DNA from: Alloascoidea hylecoeti
Lineage: Eukaryota
Assembly: GCA_001600815.1 (NCBI GenBank)
Contig: BCKZ01000019.1
Location: 497,981 to 522,054, forward strand
Length of the DNA: 24,074 nt
Reading direction: 5' to 3'
The notes under the pieces are model-generated. The model saw nothing but the letters and a program-made list of their open reading frames with translations, ran no database searches and was not told where the DNA came from. The translations under genes were made by a program, and so were the position numbers. Below are positions 11,476-22,005 of this stretch, one piece after another; the first letter of the stretch is position 1; the number at the start of each line of letters is the position of its first letter.

Positions 11476-12471
11476 ATGAGTAGCTCAAATAATTCAAAAC
11501 TCACGCTTCAACTTCCTTGGGTGGAAAAGTATAGGCCAATGGTTCTTGATGATGTTGTTGGCAATGAAGAAACAATAGAAAGATTAAAATTAATAGCGAA
11601 AGATGGTAATATACCTCATTTAATTATATCTGGTTTACCTGGTATCGGAAAAACTACGTCAATACATTGTCTTGCAAGGGAATTGTTAGGTAAAAATTAT
11701 TCAAATGCAGTTTTAGAATTAAATGCTTCAGATGATAGAGGTATTGAAGTTGTTAGAAATAAAATTAAAACTTTTGCTCAAAAGAAAGTTGTGTTACCGG
11801 TTGGTAAACATAAAATTATTATATTAGATGAAGCGGATAGTATGACACAAGGTGCTCAGCAGGCATTAAGAAGAACAATGGAAATATACTCAACAACAAC
11901 AAGATTTGCCTTTGCTTGTAACCAATCGAATAAAATCATTGAACCTTTACAATCAAGGTGTGCTATATTGAGATTTGGAAAATTATCCGATAGTCAAATT
12001 TTAAAAAGATTATTGGAAATTATTGATACCGAAAAATGTCAATATACTGATGATGGCTTAAGTGCTTTAATTTTTACCGCTGAAGGTGATATGAGACAGG
12101 CAATTAATAATTTACAAAGTACTGTAGCTGGCTTTGCGCTAGTTAATAGTGACAATGTATTTAAAGTGGTCGACTCTCCTCATCCTTTAATAGTTAGACA
12201 GATTATCGCTGCCTGTTATGAAGGTAAGATTGATGATGCTTTACAACAATTGCATGCATTATGGAATAAAGGTTATAGTGCCATTGATATAATCAGTACA
12301 GCGTTCAGAGTCACAAAAACGATGGATACTATAAAAGAAAGTGTAAGATTGGAATTCATTAAAGAAATTGGAACAACACATATGAGACTTTTGGAAGGTG
12401 TTGCAACATATTTACAATTAGCAGGTTGTATAGCAAGGTTATCCGAAATCGGTACTACCATTAATAAATAG
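11476..12471 (+). CDS. RFC4: Replication factor C small subunit Rfc4
   Basis: [11 protein letters not shown], Walker [29 protein letters not shown] motif; FAQKKV...GKHKIIIL is Rfc4-specific. Confidence 0.97.
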   Translation: MSSSNNSKLTLQLPWVEKYRPMVLDDVVGNEETIERLKLIAKDGNIPHLIISGLPGIGKTTSIHCLARELLGKNYSNAVLELNASDDRGIEVVRNKIKTFAQKKVVLPVGKHKIIILDEADSMTQGAQQALRRTMEIYSTTTRFAFACNQSNKIIEPLQSRCAILRFGKLSDSQILKRLLEIIDTEKCQYTDDGLSALIFTAEGDMRQAINNLQSTVAGFALVNSDNVFKVVDSPHPLIVRQIIAACYEGKIDDALQQLHALWNKGYSAIDIISTAFRVTKTMDTIKESVRLEFIKEIGTTHMRLLEGVATYLQLAGCIARLSEIGTTINK

Positions 12472-14438
12472 ATATTTGAGAGCTAAAAAATCACAGTTTA
12501 TAGTGAAAATTTGACATTTAAAGTATCTTTCTTCGTTAGCGTCATATGATTTCCATCATCACCTGCCCAATACTTGATAATATGAAATAAGTGTCGCGCT
12601 CTGTGTCCATGTATAACAGTAAGGTTATTGAAATTCGGGGTAATTTAACGTTTAATCCATTGCGAGCTTTACTTTATTGTTGCGATTTTGATGAATCTGT
12701 AGTAGAGATGCATGAAATACTTACAAATCTCAACTATTTATTTCTATAGTTTTATTCGTAATTTATACATATATATTACTAATTATAACATTATTATAAT
12801 AAAAATCTTCCTAGATCTGAAATCCAAGGTTTTAATTCCAATCAGATCCATTAATAATATAAAACTAAGCTTTTTTTCTGTTTCAAAATGATAATAATTA
12901 GTTGATGTGTTACATTTTCTACGTATATCTTACTAGATGATGGTGCAAATGGAAACTTAAGGGCTTTGAAAGCTTTACATGCATATAATATGTATATGCT
13001 TATATAAATTTAGGGTTGAAGAAAGAGTGAAAGAAGATTATGATAGTTATAATTAACCTTTGAAATAATTATAGCTAAGTGTGTGTAATCAAGATGAAAA
13101 AAGGACACTCGAATGTAGTAATATAGGTAAAGAATTCTATTAAGAGCGCGGTGAGGATTAATCGACATCATAATAAAAGTGCTATTCTATTTATACCTGC
13201 TCTTCCGTTACGGGACGTCGACTATTCTTAGTGGTCTATTACAGGTGATATCGTTTGATATACATGTATTATCTATTTTCTATGTGGTAACTTATAAGCC
13301 AGTATCACAATCACCATATAACCTATACCAATTATAATATTGAGCATAATATAATAGTGATTCCTTTCTTTAGGTAAGATATAGTTTGTAATTATACCAT
13401 ATATCTATAAAATATGGCATTCCTGATAATTGCGGTATCTAAAAATATGGATACTTAATTCGAATAGATACTGGACACGTATTTATTGTTCACTATATAT
13501 GTTATCTTCAACCTGTTTATGATCACCTATAATTATTATCAAAATAACATAAATCAAATAGGAATTTTTTTTTGGGGGGCCACTTACATGTTAATGGGGA
13601 GATATACGTATAGGTATGTATAATCTATATTTTCATGGGGACGAGCATATTTTACGAAAATTCATACATATCACATTTATACGTCACCAGCCAATCCTAC
13701 TCCTATGAATGTAAATAAAATTTGTTCCCCTTAAATGAAATAAGATTCATTTAGTTAAACTTATACAGACAAACTGATGTTACAGCTGCATTGCAATTCT
13801 TATAAGGCCTTATATTGGTATGTCCTATTTGGGCTGAAGCTATTAGTGTTAGATATAATTACATATAGAGAAGATTATGATTTCTGCAAAATTTAAAACT
13901 TCAATTCAAGTTTAGTTTTCCTGAGAACTTCTTGTTGATTTGGGTAAAGCAGATGTCAAAACTTAACCGAAATACGTTTTTTTTTAATTTCATAGAAGAA
14001 ATTTATACTGTACAACTTTTCTTTGAATAAAAAGAAATTATTTCTTATCCTCAAACCAGTGAAATATTTAGTCAAAGAGGATTTCTGAGATTCGAAAAAG
14101 AAAAGGGGATCTGCAAATGGATTTCTTATTCACTAGTCCAATTCTCAAAATAGACATATATTATTTATATTTTTTTTTGATAGAAAATCTTATATGGTTG
14201 AATTATCCACCTGAGTTTGTGTCTGCCCTGCCGTATGCCACATACGCATCGAATGTAACTTTACAATATTCAAAACTCAAAATTTTAAAACATAGAGGCC
14301 TACATCTGCAAGTGTATTTTATGTCTAACTTACATAATCTTCTTTATCTTTTTACAGATCTAGTAAGGTATCACCATCTTTTGGACCCAAAATAAAATCG
14401 GGTATTCACTTATTACTTGAAATTATTCATCTCTATAG

Positions 14439-14465
14439 GCTACACAAGCTACACAAGCTACACAA
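14439..14465 (+). repeat. Tandem repeat (GCTACACAA)x3
   Basis: Three exact 9-bp units in the PTR2 upstream region. Confidence 0.9.
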
Positions 14466-14940
14466 CTAACTAGAATGCTGATATAGTAGATATAAAGACT
14501 TCATGTCGTTGATTTGTCCTTTGCATATGCATATATAGACTCTCATAAATTATGTAAGAATATGCAGGTAACGAACGCTTGCATATATGATGAGCCTCAA
14601 AAAACTTTCAAACCAGAGAAATTCGCGAATATAGATGAAGAATTTGTAATCTGCATATATTTATAAATATGATAAGTATTTATTTTATTTTCCTAAAATA
14701 CATATGTGTAAAAAATGTGAGTTTATTTAAGTTAACCAGTAGTGTGCCAATTTGTTTCCAAGCTTAAGGTTTACTAAAAGAGCCTTACATGGTATGGTGA
14801 TCTCCAGATATTTGCTAAGGGTCTATCTAAAGCTTATCTATTCAAGTGTTAAGAATGAAATTATCAGCTAAATGACAATATAAAAGATAAATTTTCCTCC
14901 TTATCAAAAATTTAGGCATTTTGAGTTTTCCTTAATAGAC

Positions 14941-16849
14941 ATGACAGAAGGTATGAAGAATATGCATATCATTTCATCGTTACTCGGAAGAGAAATCTAA
15001 CCAAATCCTAGAAAAAGTACTTAAAAGTTCAGTGGAACCCAGTGACCTTGAATCAGGTTCGATTGAAGAATTTGTAGATGAATATAATTCAAATGGACTA
15101 AGAAAGGCAAGTGACGAAGAAATTGCAACATTAAGGAAGGTATCAGGAAATATTCCATTTGCTTGTTTTTTTATATGTTTAATTGAATTTTCCGAGCGTG
15201 GTAGTTATTATGGTGTTACTGGTTGCCTATCCAATTTTATTCAATTCGATCTTCCAGAAGGAGGAAATGGGGCCGGTGCAACAAAAAAGGGAACACAAGA
15301 AACACCTGGAGCTTTGGGTCTCGGTTTGCAAGCAGCAAGTGCATTAACATTGCTTTTGACATTCTTAGCATATGTTGCACCTTTGGTAAGTGATTTTAAA
15401 TCGTGATTTTACTTCATTCTGTACTCTAACATTTATTTTTATTAGTTTGGTGGGGCTTTAGCCGATACAAAACTTGGTCGATATAAAACTATCTGGCTCG
15501 GTGTTTATGTTGATATAGTAGCTCATATTCTTCTTATTATTGCTGCCATTCCTTCGGTGATCACAGGGGGTCATGCTCTTGCACCTCTTATAATTGGCAT
15601 TTTGGTCCTTGCTATTGGTACGGGCTTAATTAAACCAAATTTATTACCTTTGTTATTAGATCAATATACCGAACAGGATGATATATTAAAAGTTTTACCA
15701 AGTGGTGAAAAAGTTGTGGTCAGTAGAGAAGTGACAATGCAAAGAATCACTTTAATATTCTATTGGGCCATCAATATTGGAGCATTTCTCGGTCTCGCTA
15801 CCAGTTACTGTGAAAAAAGAGTAGGCTTCTGGCTCGCTTTTTTGATTCCAATGATTTTATTCGCTCTTATGCCAATTGTGCTTATATTTCTGAACAAAAG
15901 AATGATAAAATCAGATCCGGAAGGTACAGTTTTATTTAACGCTTGGAAGGTCATGAGGGTTACTTTCAGAAAAGGGTGGATTGGAAGATGGAAGAGAGGT
16001 GAATTATGGAAATATGCTAGACCCACTGAGATGAAAAATCGAAATGAAGCTGTTTATACTAAGAAAAAGCCAATAAGTTGGAATGATGCTTTTGTTATTC
16101 AGGTGAAAGATACTGTTAACTCTTGTAAAATATTCTTCTTCTTTCCAATATTTTATATTAATGATGGTGGTATTGGCTCAATTCAAAGCTCTCAGGCTTC
16201 TAGTTTGACAACTAATGGTGTACCAAATGATTTGATTTCTAACTTCAATCCGTTGACTATTATTGTTTTGTGCCCAATACTTGATTACCTCTTCTACCCA
16301 TTACTCAGGAAATATAATATCACATTCAAACCGATAGCAAGAATTACATTTGGTTTTTGTCTTGCCGCCTGTTCAAGTGTTGCAGGCGCAGTTATACAAC
16401 ATTATATCTATAAAACTTCCCCTTGTGGTGATCATGCAACTCATTGTAAAGTCGGAACTGGTGTATCACCTATATCAGTCTGGGTTGAAGTTGTCTTATA
16501 TATACTTGGTGCGTCCGGTGAGTGTTTTGCAAACACTACTTCATATGAGTTAGCATACTCGCGTTCTCCAAATTCGATGAAAGGCCTGGTGTTTGCTATT
16601 CTTTTGTTTATGAGTGCCATCTCGGCCGCAATCAGTGAGGCTTGTGTTGCCGCTTTGAAAGATCCTTATTTAATTTGGCCATTTGTCGCGACTGCAATTG
16701 TTGGGTTTGTTGCAGCTGCAGCTTTTCAATATATATTCAGAAATCTTCACACAGAAATGGAAGAGGAGGAAAAGGAAAAGAAATTATTACTACTTAACGT
16801 TGAACTACATCAAGGGGTGCAATTGACTGATTATAAATCCTCTGAATGA
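14941..16849 (+). CDS. PTR2: Di/tripeptide transporter, PTR/POT family (~595 aa); exons 14941-14950, 15012-15385, 15446-16849
   Basis: Motifs EFSERGSYYG (ExxER), GGALADTKLGRYKTI, GTGLIKPN, FYWAINIG and GVPND. Two introns join the ORF fragments in frame (MTEEKVLKSSVEP...; YVAPL|FGG). Confidence 0.93.
14951..15011 (+). other. PTR2 intron 1 (61 nt)
   Basis: Donor GTATGA, branch ATCTAAC, acceptor CCTAG; supplies the only in-frame ATG via a 10-nt coding exon. Confidence 0.8.
15386..15445 (+). other. PTR2 intron 2 (60 nt)
   Basis: Donor GTAAGT, branch CTCTAAC, acceptor ATTAG; phase 0. Confidence 0.92.
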
Positions 16850-16895
16850 CAAGTAGATTTTACTTAGCTTCCGCGGGAAACAAATAAGTCATAAC

Positions 16896-17022
16896 TATTA
16901 ATTAATAGAGGTTAAATTTTAACTTGTCAGCTTGTTTTTTGGTTTATAGTATAGATATATGACAGTCTTTTAAAGGACATTATGAAGTTAACATAAACTA
17001 GCTACGCGATATCTGGCCAACA
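16896..17022 (-). mobile_element. Candidate very short solo LTR (127 bp)
   Basis: ATAAC direct repeats at 16891-16895 and 17023-17027. On - it reads TGTTGG...TATAAAC...ATTAATA. Confidence 0.45.
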
Positions 17023-17265
17023 ATAACCCAGTAATTATAATAAATTTCATGTATTTGTACTCTCTACCGATATTAGACCGCCCATCTGCAAAATTTTTGG
17101 CGTTTGATTCCTTCGGATATCACGAATTTGGCTCGCTTCTGGCTCGGCATATTTTATTTTTCTTTTTGACTAAATTCAACCTTATAGATATTTGTAATAT
17201 GGTGTATTATGGTCGAGTAAATAACCTATAATATTAGATTACTATAATCTTCTATAATAACGCAA

Positions 17266-17393
17266 TGTTGAAGTATTAGTTTGAAGGTTCTATAGTAATA
17301 TATGTATGTCCCATTTATGGATATAAATACCCTTCAGATTTCCTTTTAGTTTAAGCTCTTGATAGTTTTCATAGTAATCAAATAGTCTTAACA
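17266..17393 (+). mobile_element. Possible LTR remnant
   Basis: TGTTGAAG...TATAAATACCC...CTTAACA, with an alternative end TTTCAATA at 17485. No TSD found. Confidence 0.3.
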
Positions 17394-17606
17394 ATACAAT
17401 TAGCTTTATATCTTTAAAAAAGATATTACATAAGGAATAATTTTCATGATGTACAAACATATTTAGTATCAATGAGATTTCAATAAGAGCATGTAATGAA
17501 TCTAATATTGAAATGTTGCTCTAATCGACCTTACAATTTATAATCGAACTTTTTCATTTTCTTCCTCATTGTGGAAAATATGAGAGAATTTGTGATATTT
17601 GGTATC

Positions 17607-17916
17607 TGTTGTGTAAAATCGACCCAAGCGGAATTTTTTTGAAAACCTCGCCTGCTGCTCGCTCCCAAGTCACTCGGTGCTCGGAAAATGCATGCCCCAG
17701 TCACTGAATGACTCTCGCCATTTTGAATTCTGCTTTATGTTTTGCGTTGTTTTCAGAATCTATTTATTTGTACATGAATATTATTTACAAGTCTGCCATT
17801 CGGGGACGAATGAGAAATGGAAGTCTTTAGAATATTTAAGAGTTCTATTATTAAAAATATGTCCAAATTTATTAAACTTTAAAAATATATACTTTTTCAT
17901 AAAGAAATTAAACAAA
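17607..17916. mobile_element. Solo LTR (310 bp)
   Basis: Perfect GTATC direct repeats at 17602-17606 and 17917-17921. Starts TGTTGT and ends AAACAAA (degenerate CAACA). Confidence 0.6.
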
Positions 17917-19077
17917 GTATCCCCAATGTGAATCAACTTTAGTTCGAACTATATACTGATTGCTAAGGCAGTTCAGTTGAGTGTTTGTTCTCAGTACCCA
18001 AACAATTTATCACTCACGATAGGTGTCCATATATATGACAAGTAGACGATATACCTACTTTGTCAATCCTTTTAATGCTAATAATTCTAAAAATTTTCAA
18101 ATTTGGAGTAGATTGTTTTTGTTTATATATACCAGTATTAAGCGCTAGCTACACTCAACAATTTAAATATTGCCTTTAGGAGAAGGCTCTTGTCAATCAT
18201 TACATATATCTTATATATTTATTTTTAGTCATACAATAATATTCTATTATTATACTATCTTATTTGTAATTGGTTTTACATGAGTTGAGCTTTGAATATT
18301 TGATCCATTATTAAAGCATTATTTAGATGCTTCTCGATAGTCCTTTGAAAAAAGAATCATGGAAGCAGCATTGGAAATACCAGTAGAACGGTACGCGTGT
18401 TACAATACCTGATGAATTTCCTTGTACATCTTTGGAAAAAGATATTTTTATTGCCAATAGATTATATAGAAATAAATATAATTTATACAGACTATCAAGT
18501 TTAATAATTGTGTACTGTATGTGAATAACAAGATGGATCTATTCAAACAAGTTCTGCTTTCAAAACAATCAATGAGATGTCTCCTTATGCTCAAAATAGA
18601 TTTGATATTGACAACAGAGACACTTTGAACAACAATTCATCTAGTATTGAATATAAATCTTTCTCCCTCTTTAGGAAACACTACTTTTATTGACCAAACA
18701 AATAAGAATTCATTCAATGTATTATCAGATCTTGAAGACACAGAAATGAAGGATGTTTCAATAAATACTTCTAAATCAAACATTGAAATTAACTCTCTGG
18801 CTGCTTCTACTACTTCTATTTCCTCTGGTTCTACTAGTCCTGATGAATTTGTTCCAAAAGATTATGTTGTTGATGCTTCTATTAATGCTTATGAATTTAA
18901 TGACCAATTAAAGAACACAATCACTCAAAAACCCCTTCAAATCGTAGCCAATTTATCTAATGATTCTTCTGTTGACTCTTCTGGTGACTCAATTATGAAA
19001 GATATGGTAGCTTCTACTCCAAAAAAGCACTTAATTCCTGTTTCAGATCATAAAAATCTTGATTTTTTGGATGAATC

Positions 19078-19237
19078 TAAAATTCTTAAAATTTTAATTT
19101 CAATAAGTAAGATAAGTGTAAAATAAAAAGGGTAGAGAAAGAAATCCTGAGGAGGATTTCTTCTCTTTTTATATTTCTTTTTACTATGTATTCTATATAA
19201 ATAAGATAATTATATAATTCTAAATATAGTTTCAACA
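19078..19237 (-). mobile_element. 160-bp solo LTR of the element-B family inserted into element A
   Basis: GAATC TSD at 19073-19077 and 19238-19242. Removing it restores A's frame (DFLDES|THEYNIEDITDQKYLPY). On - it reads TGTTGAAA...TATAAAAA...AATTTTA. Near-identical to 21710-21850. Confidence 0.9.
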
Positions 19238-21280
19238 GAATCAACCCATGAGTATAATATTGAAGACATAACTGATCAAAAATATTTGCCATACAAACAA
19301 AAGGTTATTCATATTGAAGAAGTAAATGATGATGATCCCTTGAATGTTTTGGAAAGACAACTAGTCACAAAACCCAAAAACTTACATGTGGTCAGAAACA
19401 TCAATAATAAGCAGAATGACTCTCCAAATTCAATAAATGTTCTAGACAAGAACCTTATCACACTATTTTGACACTGAAGAAGAAGATGAATTATTATTGT
19501 TAATGCCATCAACTACTGAAATTATCCCAAAAACCTATAATAATGTACTTCAATCTACCCACAAACAAGACTGGCTTAAAGCAATGGGAAATAAATTACA
19601 AAGTTTACGTGATAATAATGTTTTTGAAGAAACTTATAAATATGTTCCTAAATTTTCTACTGTCAGTTCTAGATGGGTTTATGCACTAAAAAATCTTGAT
19701 TCTAAACCTTTGTACAAGGCAAGACTAGTCGACAAGGGGTTTTTCACAAGAAAAAGGCATAAATTTCTCTTCAACTTATTCTCCGGTCTCTTCCCATGAT
19801 AGTTTAAGAGCTTTATTATCTTTACACACACAGACGCCTGATGGAACCATCGTCCAATTTGATTTAAAAACGGCCTTTCTTTCATCAAAACTAAGTGAGT
19901 GTATATATATGCATCCTCCATCTGGTGTTAAATCAAAACCCAATCGTATTTGAAGAATCCGTCGTTCATTATATGTCTTAAGAAATCACCTATGAATTTT
20001 TATAATAAAATTTCTGAAGTTTTAAAGTCAATTGGTATGAAGAACTCTGTTGTTGAACCCTGTGTATTTTATACATCTAAGGTTATATTAAGTTAACACT
20101 TTATGTCGACGATGGTCTTCTCTTTGGTATGAAAAAGGATATAGATGAAATTCTTCTTCAACTCCAGAAAGAATTCACATTGACTATCAATAGAGTTCCA
20201 AAAGTCTCCTTGGGTATAACAATTAATGCCATAAATAAGGGGGAAATCAAGTTGAGTTTATGTGATTATTTATCAAAAATACAAACTGAAAATAATATCA
20301 CTCCTAATTATCGTAATTATACACCTCTACCAGAAAATTATGACATTAATAATCCCTCAGAACTTCTCAATAAGGATGAAATTACTCATTACCAAAAGAT
20401 TATTGGAATTCTTAATTATGCTACATCAACTGTTAGAATAGACATTGCTTATGCTACAAGTTTATTGGCTAGGAAATCTCAATCACCAACACAATCTAAT
20501 TTGAAGACTGCTAAAAGGGTTTTAAACTATTTGGTTGCTAGTAAAGAATTAGGTATCACTTATAAGCAAAATAATACTCTTGATATTGAAATTGTTAATT
20601 CTCTTTACATTAAAGAAAGAAAACCTCATATTATTGACTTACCAAATGATAATGAAATAAAAGTAATTACTGATGCATCTTGGGCTGATCAAAAAGATAG
20701 ATCTTCTCTTTTTGGATTTATAACTGTTCTTAACAGTAACATCATATCTTGGAAATCCAAAAATATTTCAAATATCACATTGTCTACGTGTGAATCTGAA
20801 ATTGAAGGAACTAAGAATGCTCTATTCATCAGAAACTTCTTAAAGGAACTAAGATTTTTCTTAAGTCCGATTAAAGTTGTTAATGATAATATGGCAGCTC
20901 TTTCGGTTGCTGATCACTACTGTAACCGATCGAAGCACATTGAAATTAAATGGTTTTTTACTAGGGAATTGGTTGAAAGAAAAGAAATTGAATTATTTTA
21001 TATTCAAACGAACCAAAACATTTCAGATCCTTTAGCCAAAAATCTGAAATACAATTCCAAAAACTAATGAATCCTCTTATTAATTAAAAACTAAAAATCA
21101 TTTATCTTATTTCTTATTTTTACTCTTTATCTTATACTTATATTAAACTTATTTTATTAATACTTATTTTTATCTTATTAAAAGAATCTTATTTTTCTTC
21201 AAACTTATATTATTTATTCTTATTAAACAAAAAAAACTTATTACACTCTTACTTTTATTAAAATTAAACAAAACTTATTC

Positions 21281-21303
21281 TTATTATTATTATTATTATT
21301 ATT
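21281..21303 (+). repeat. (TTA)7 microsatellite at the end of element A
   Basis: Direct reading; mirrored by (AAT)4 at 21331-21342. Confidence 0.9.
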
Positions 21304-21330
21304 GTTATTGATTACTTCATAATTTGTATA

Positions 21331-21709
21331 AATAATAATAATGATAAAAATAAGAGCATAATAAGTGTTTTTTGTTTAATAAGAATAAGTATTATAAGTT
21401 TGAATAAATATAAGATTCTTTTAATAAGATAATTTAAAAATAAAGATTAATAAAATAAGAGTAACATAAATATAAGATAAGAAGTAGTAAATAAGAAATG
21501 AGATAAATAGTTTTCGATTTTAATTAATTAATAAGAGGATTCATAAGTTTTTGAAATTGTATTTTGTTTAGATTCTTGGTTAAAGGATCTGAAATATTTT
21601 GGTTTGTTTGGATATAAAATAATTCAATTTCTTTTCTTTCAACCAATTCTCTAGTAAAGAACCATTTGATTTCTATGTGCTTAGATCGGTCACAGTAGTG
21701 ATCAGTAAT
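21331..21709 (-). mobile_element. Element C: 3' fragment (RNase H end plus 3' UTR) of an A-subfamily copia copy, interrupted by element B
   Basis: Minus strand reads ITDHYCDRSKHIEIKWFFTRELVERKEIELFYIQTNQNISDPLTKNLNKIQFQKLMNPLIN*. Homology stops exactly at the LTR edge at 21710. Confidence 0.88.
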
Positions 21710-21850
21710 TAAAATTCTTAAAATTTTTTAATTTTAATAGTTAAGATAAGTGTAGAATAAAAAGGGTAGAGAAAGAAATCCTGAGGAGGATTTCTTCTCT
21801 TTTTATATTTCTTTTTACTATGTATTCTATATAAATAAGATAATTATATA
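21710..21850 (-). repeat. 3' LTR of element B (its first ~21 bp fall in the N gap)
   Basis: Matches 19078-19216 and lies downstream of B's pol in the same orientation. Confidence 0.82.
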
Positions 21851-22005
21851 NNNNNNNNNNNNNNNNNNNNNNNNNNNNNNNNNNNNNNNNNNNNNNNNNN
21901 NNNNNNNNNNNNNNNNNNNNNNNNNNNNNNNNNNNNNNNNNNNNNNNNNNNNNNNNNNNNNNNNNNNNNNNNNNNNNNNNNNNNNNNNNNNNNNNNNNNN
22001 NNNNN
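21851..22005. other. Assembly gap (155 N)
   Basis: Run of N covering B's pol stop, PPT and LTR start. Confidence 1.

Larger units (their letters stand above)
18529..21303 (+). mobile_element. Element A: decayed, 5'-truncated Ty1/copia retrotransposon (integrase C-terminal region, RT, RNase H, 3' UTR; no LTR)
   Basis: Motifs SRWVY, YKARLV, YVDDG, RIDIAYA, TDASWA and RSKHIEIK. Multiple frameshifts and stops, a 12-nt deletion in RNase H, and a solo-LTR insertion. Confidence 0.93.
20906..21709. repeat. ~800-bp imperfect palindrome formed by the 3' ends of elements A and C
   Basis: 20906-~21260 is the reverse complement of ~21343-21709, roughly 90% identical in the coding part by manual alignment. 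Short spacer around 21304-21330. Confidence 0.92.

Noticed and set aside
10702..16553. Shadow ORFs at 10702-10950, 12273-12461, 15805-16026 and 16350-16553, plus 14117-14395
   Set aside because: Alternate-frame or antisense overlaps of real genes, or low-complexity AT-rich ORFs without motifs.
17049..17931. Short ORFs in the LTR-relic zone
   Set aside because: They lie within LTR-like non-coding DNA and have no protein features.
19950..19953. TGA read as Trp in element A
   Set aside because: A has many other lesions, and host genes VPS20 and PTR2 use TGA as stop.
20906..21709. Palindrome as an assembly fold-back or recent inverted duplication
   Set aside because: The arms differ by roughly 10% with mostly synonymous changes and indels; an artefact would be near-identical.
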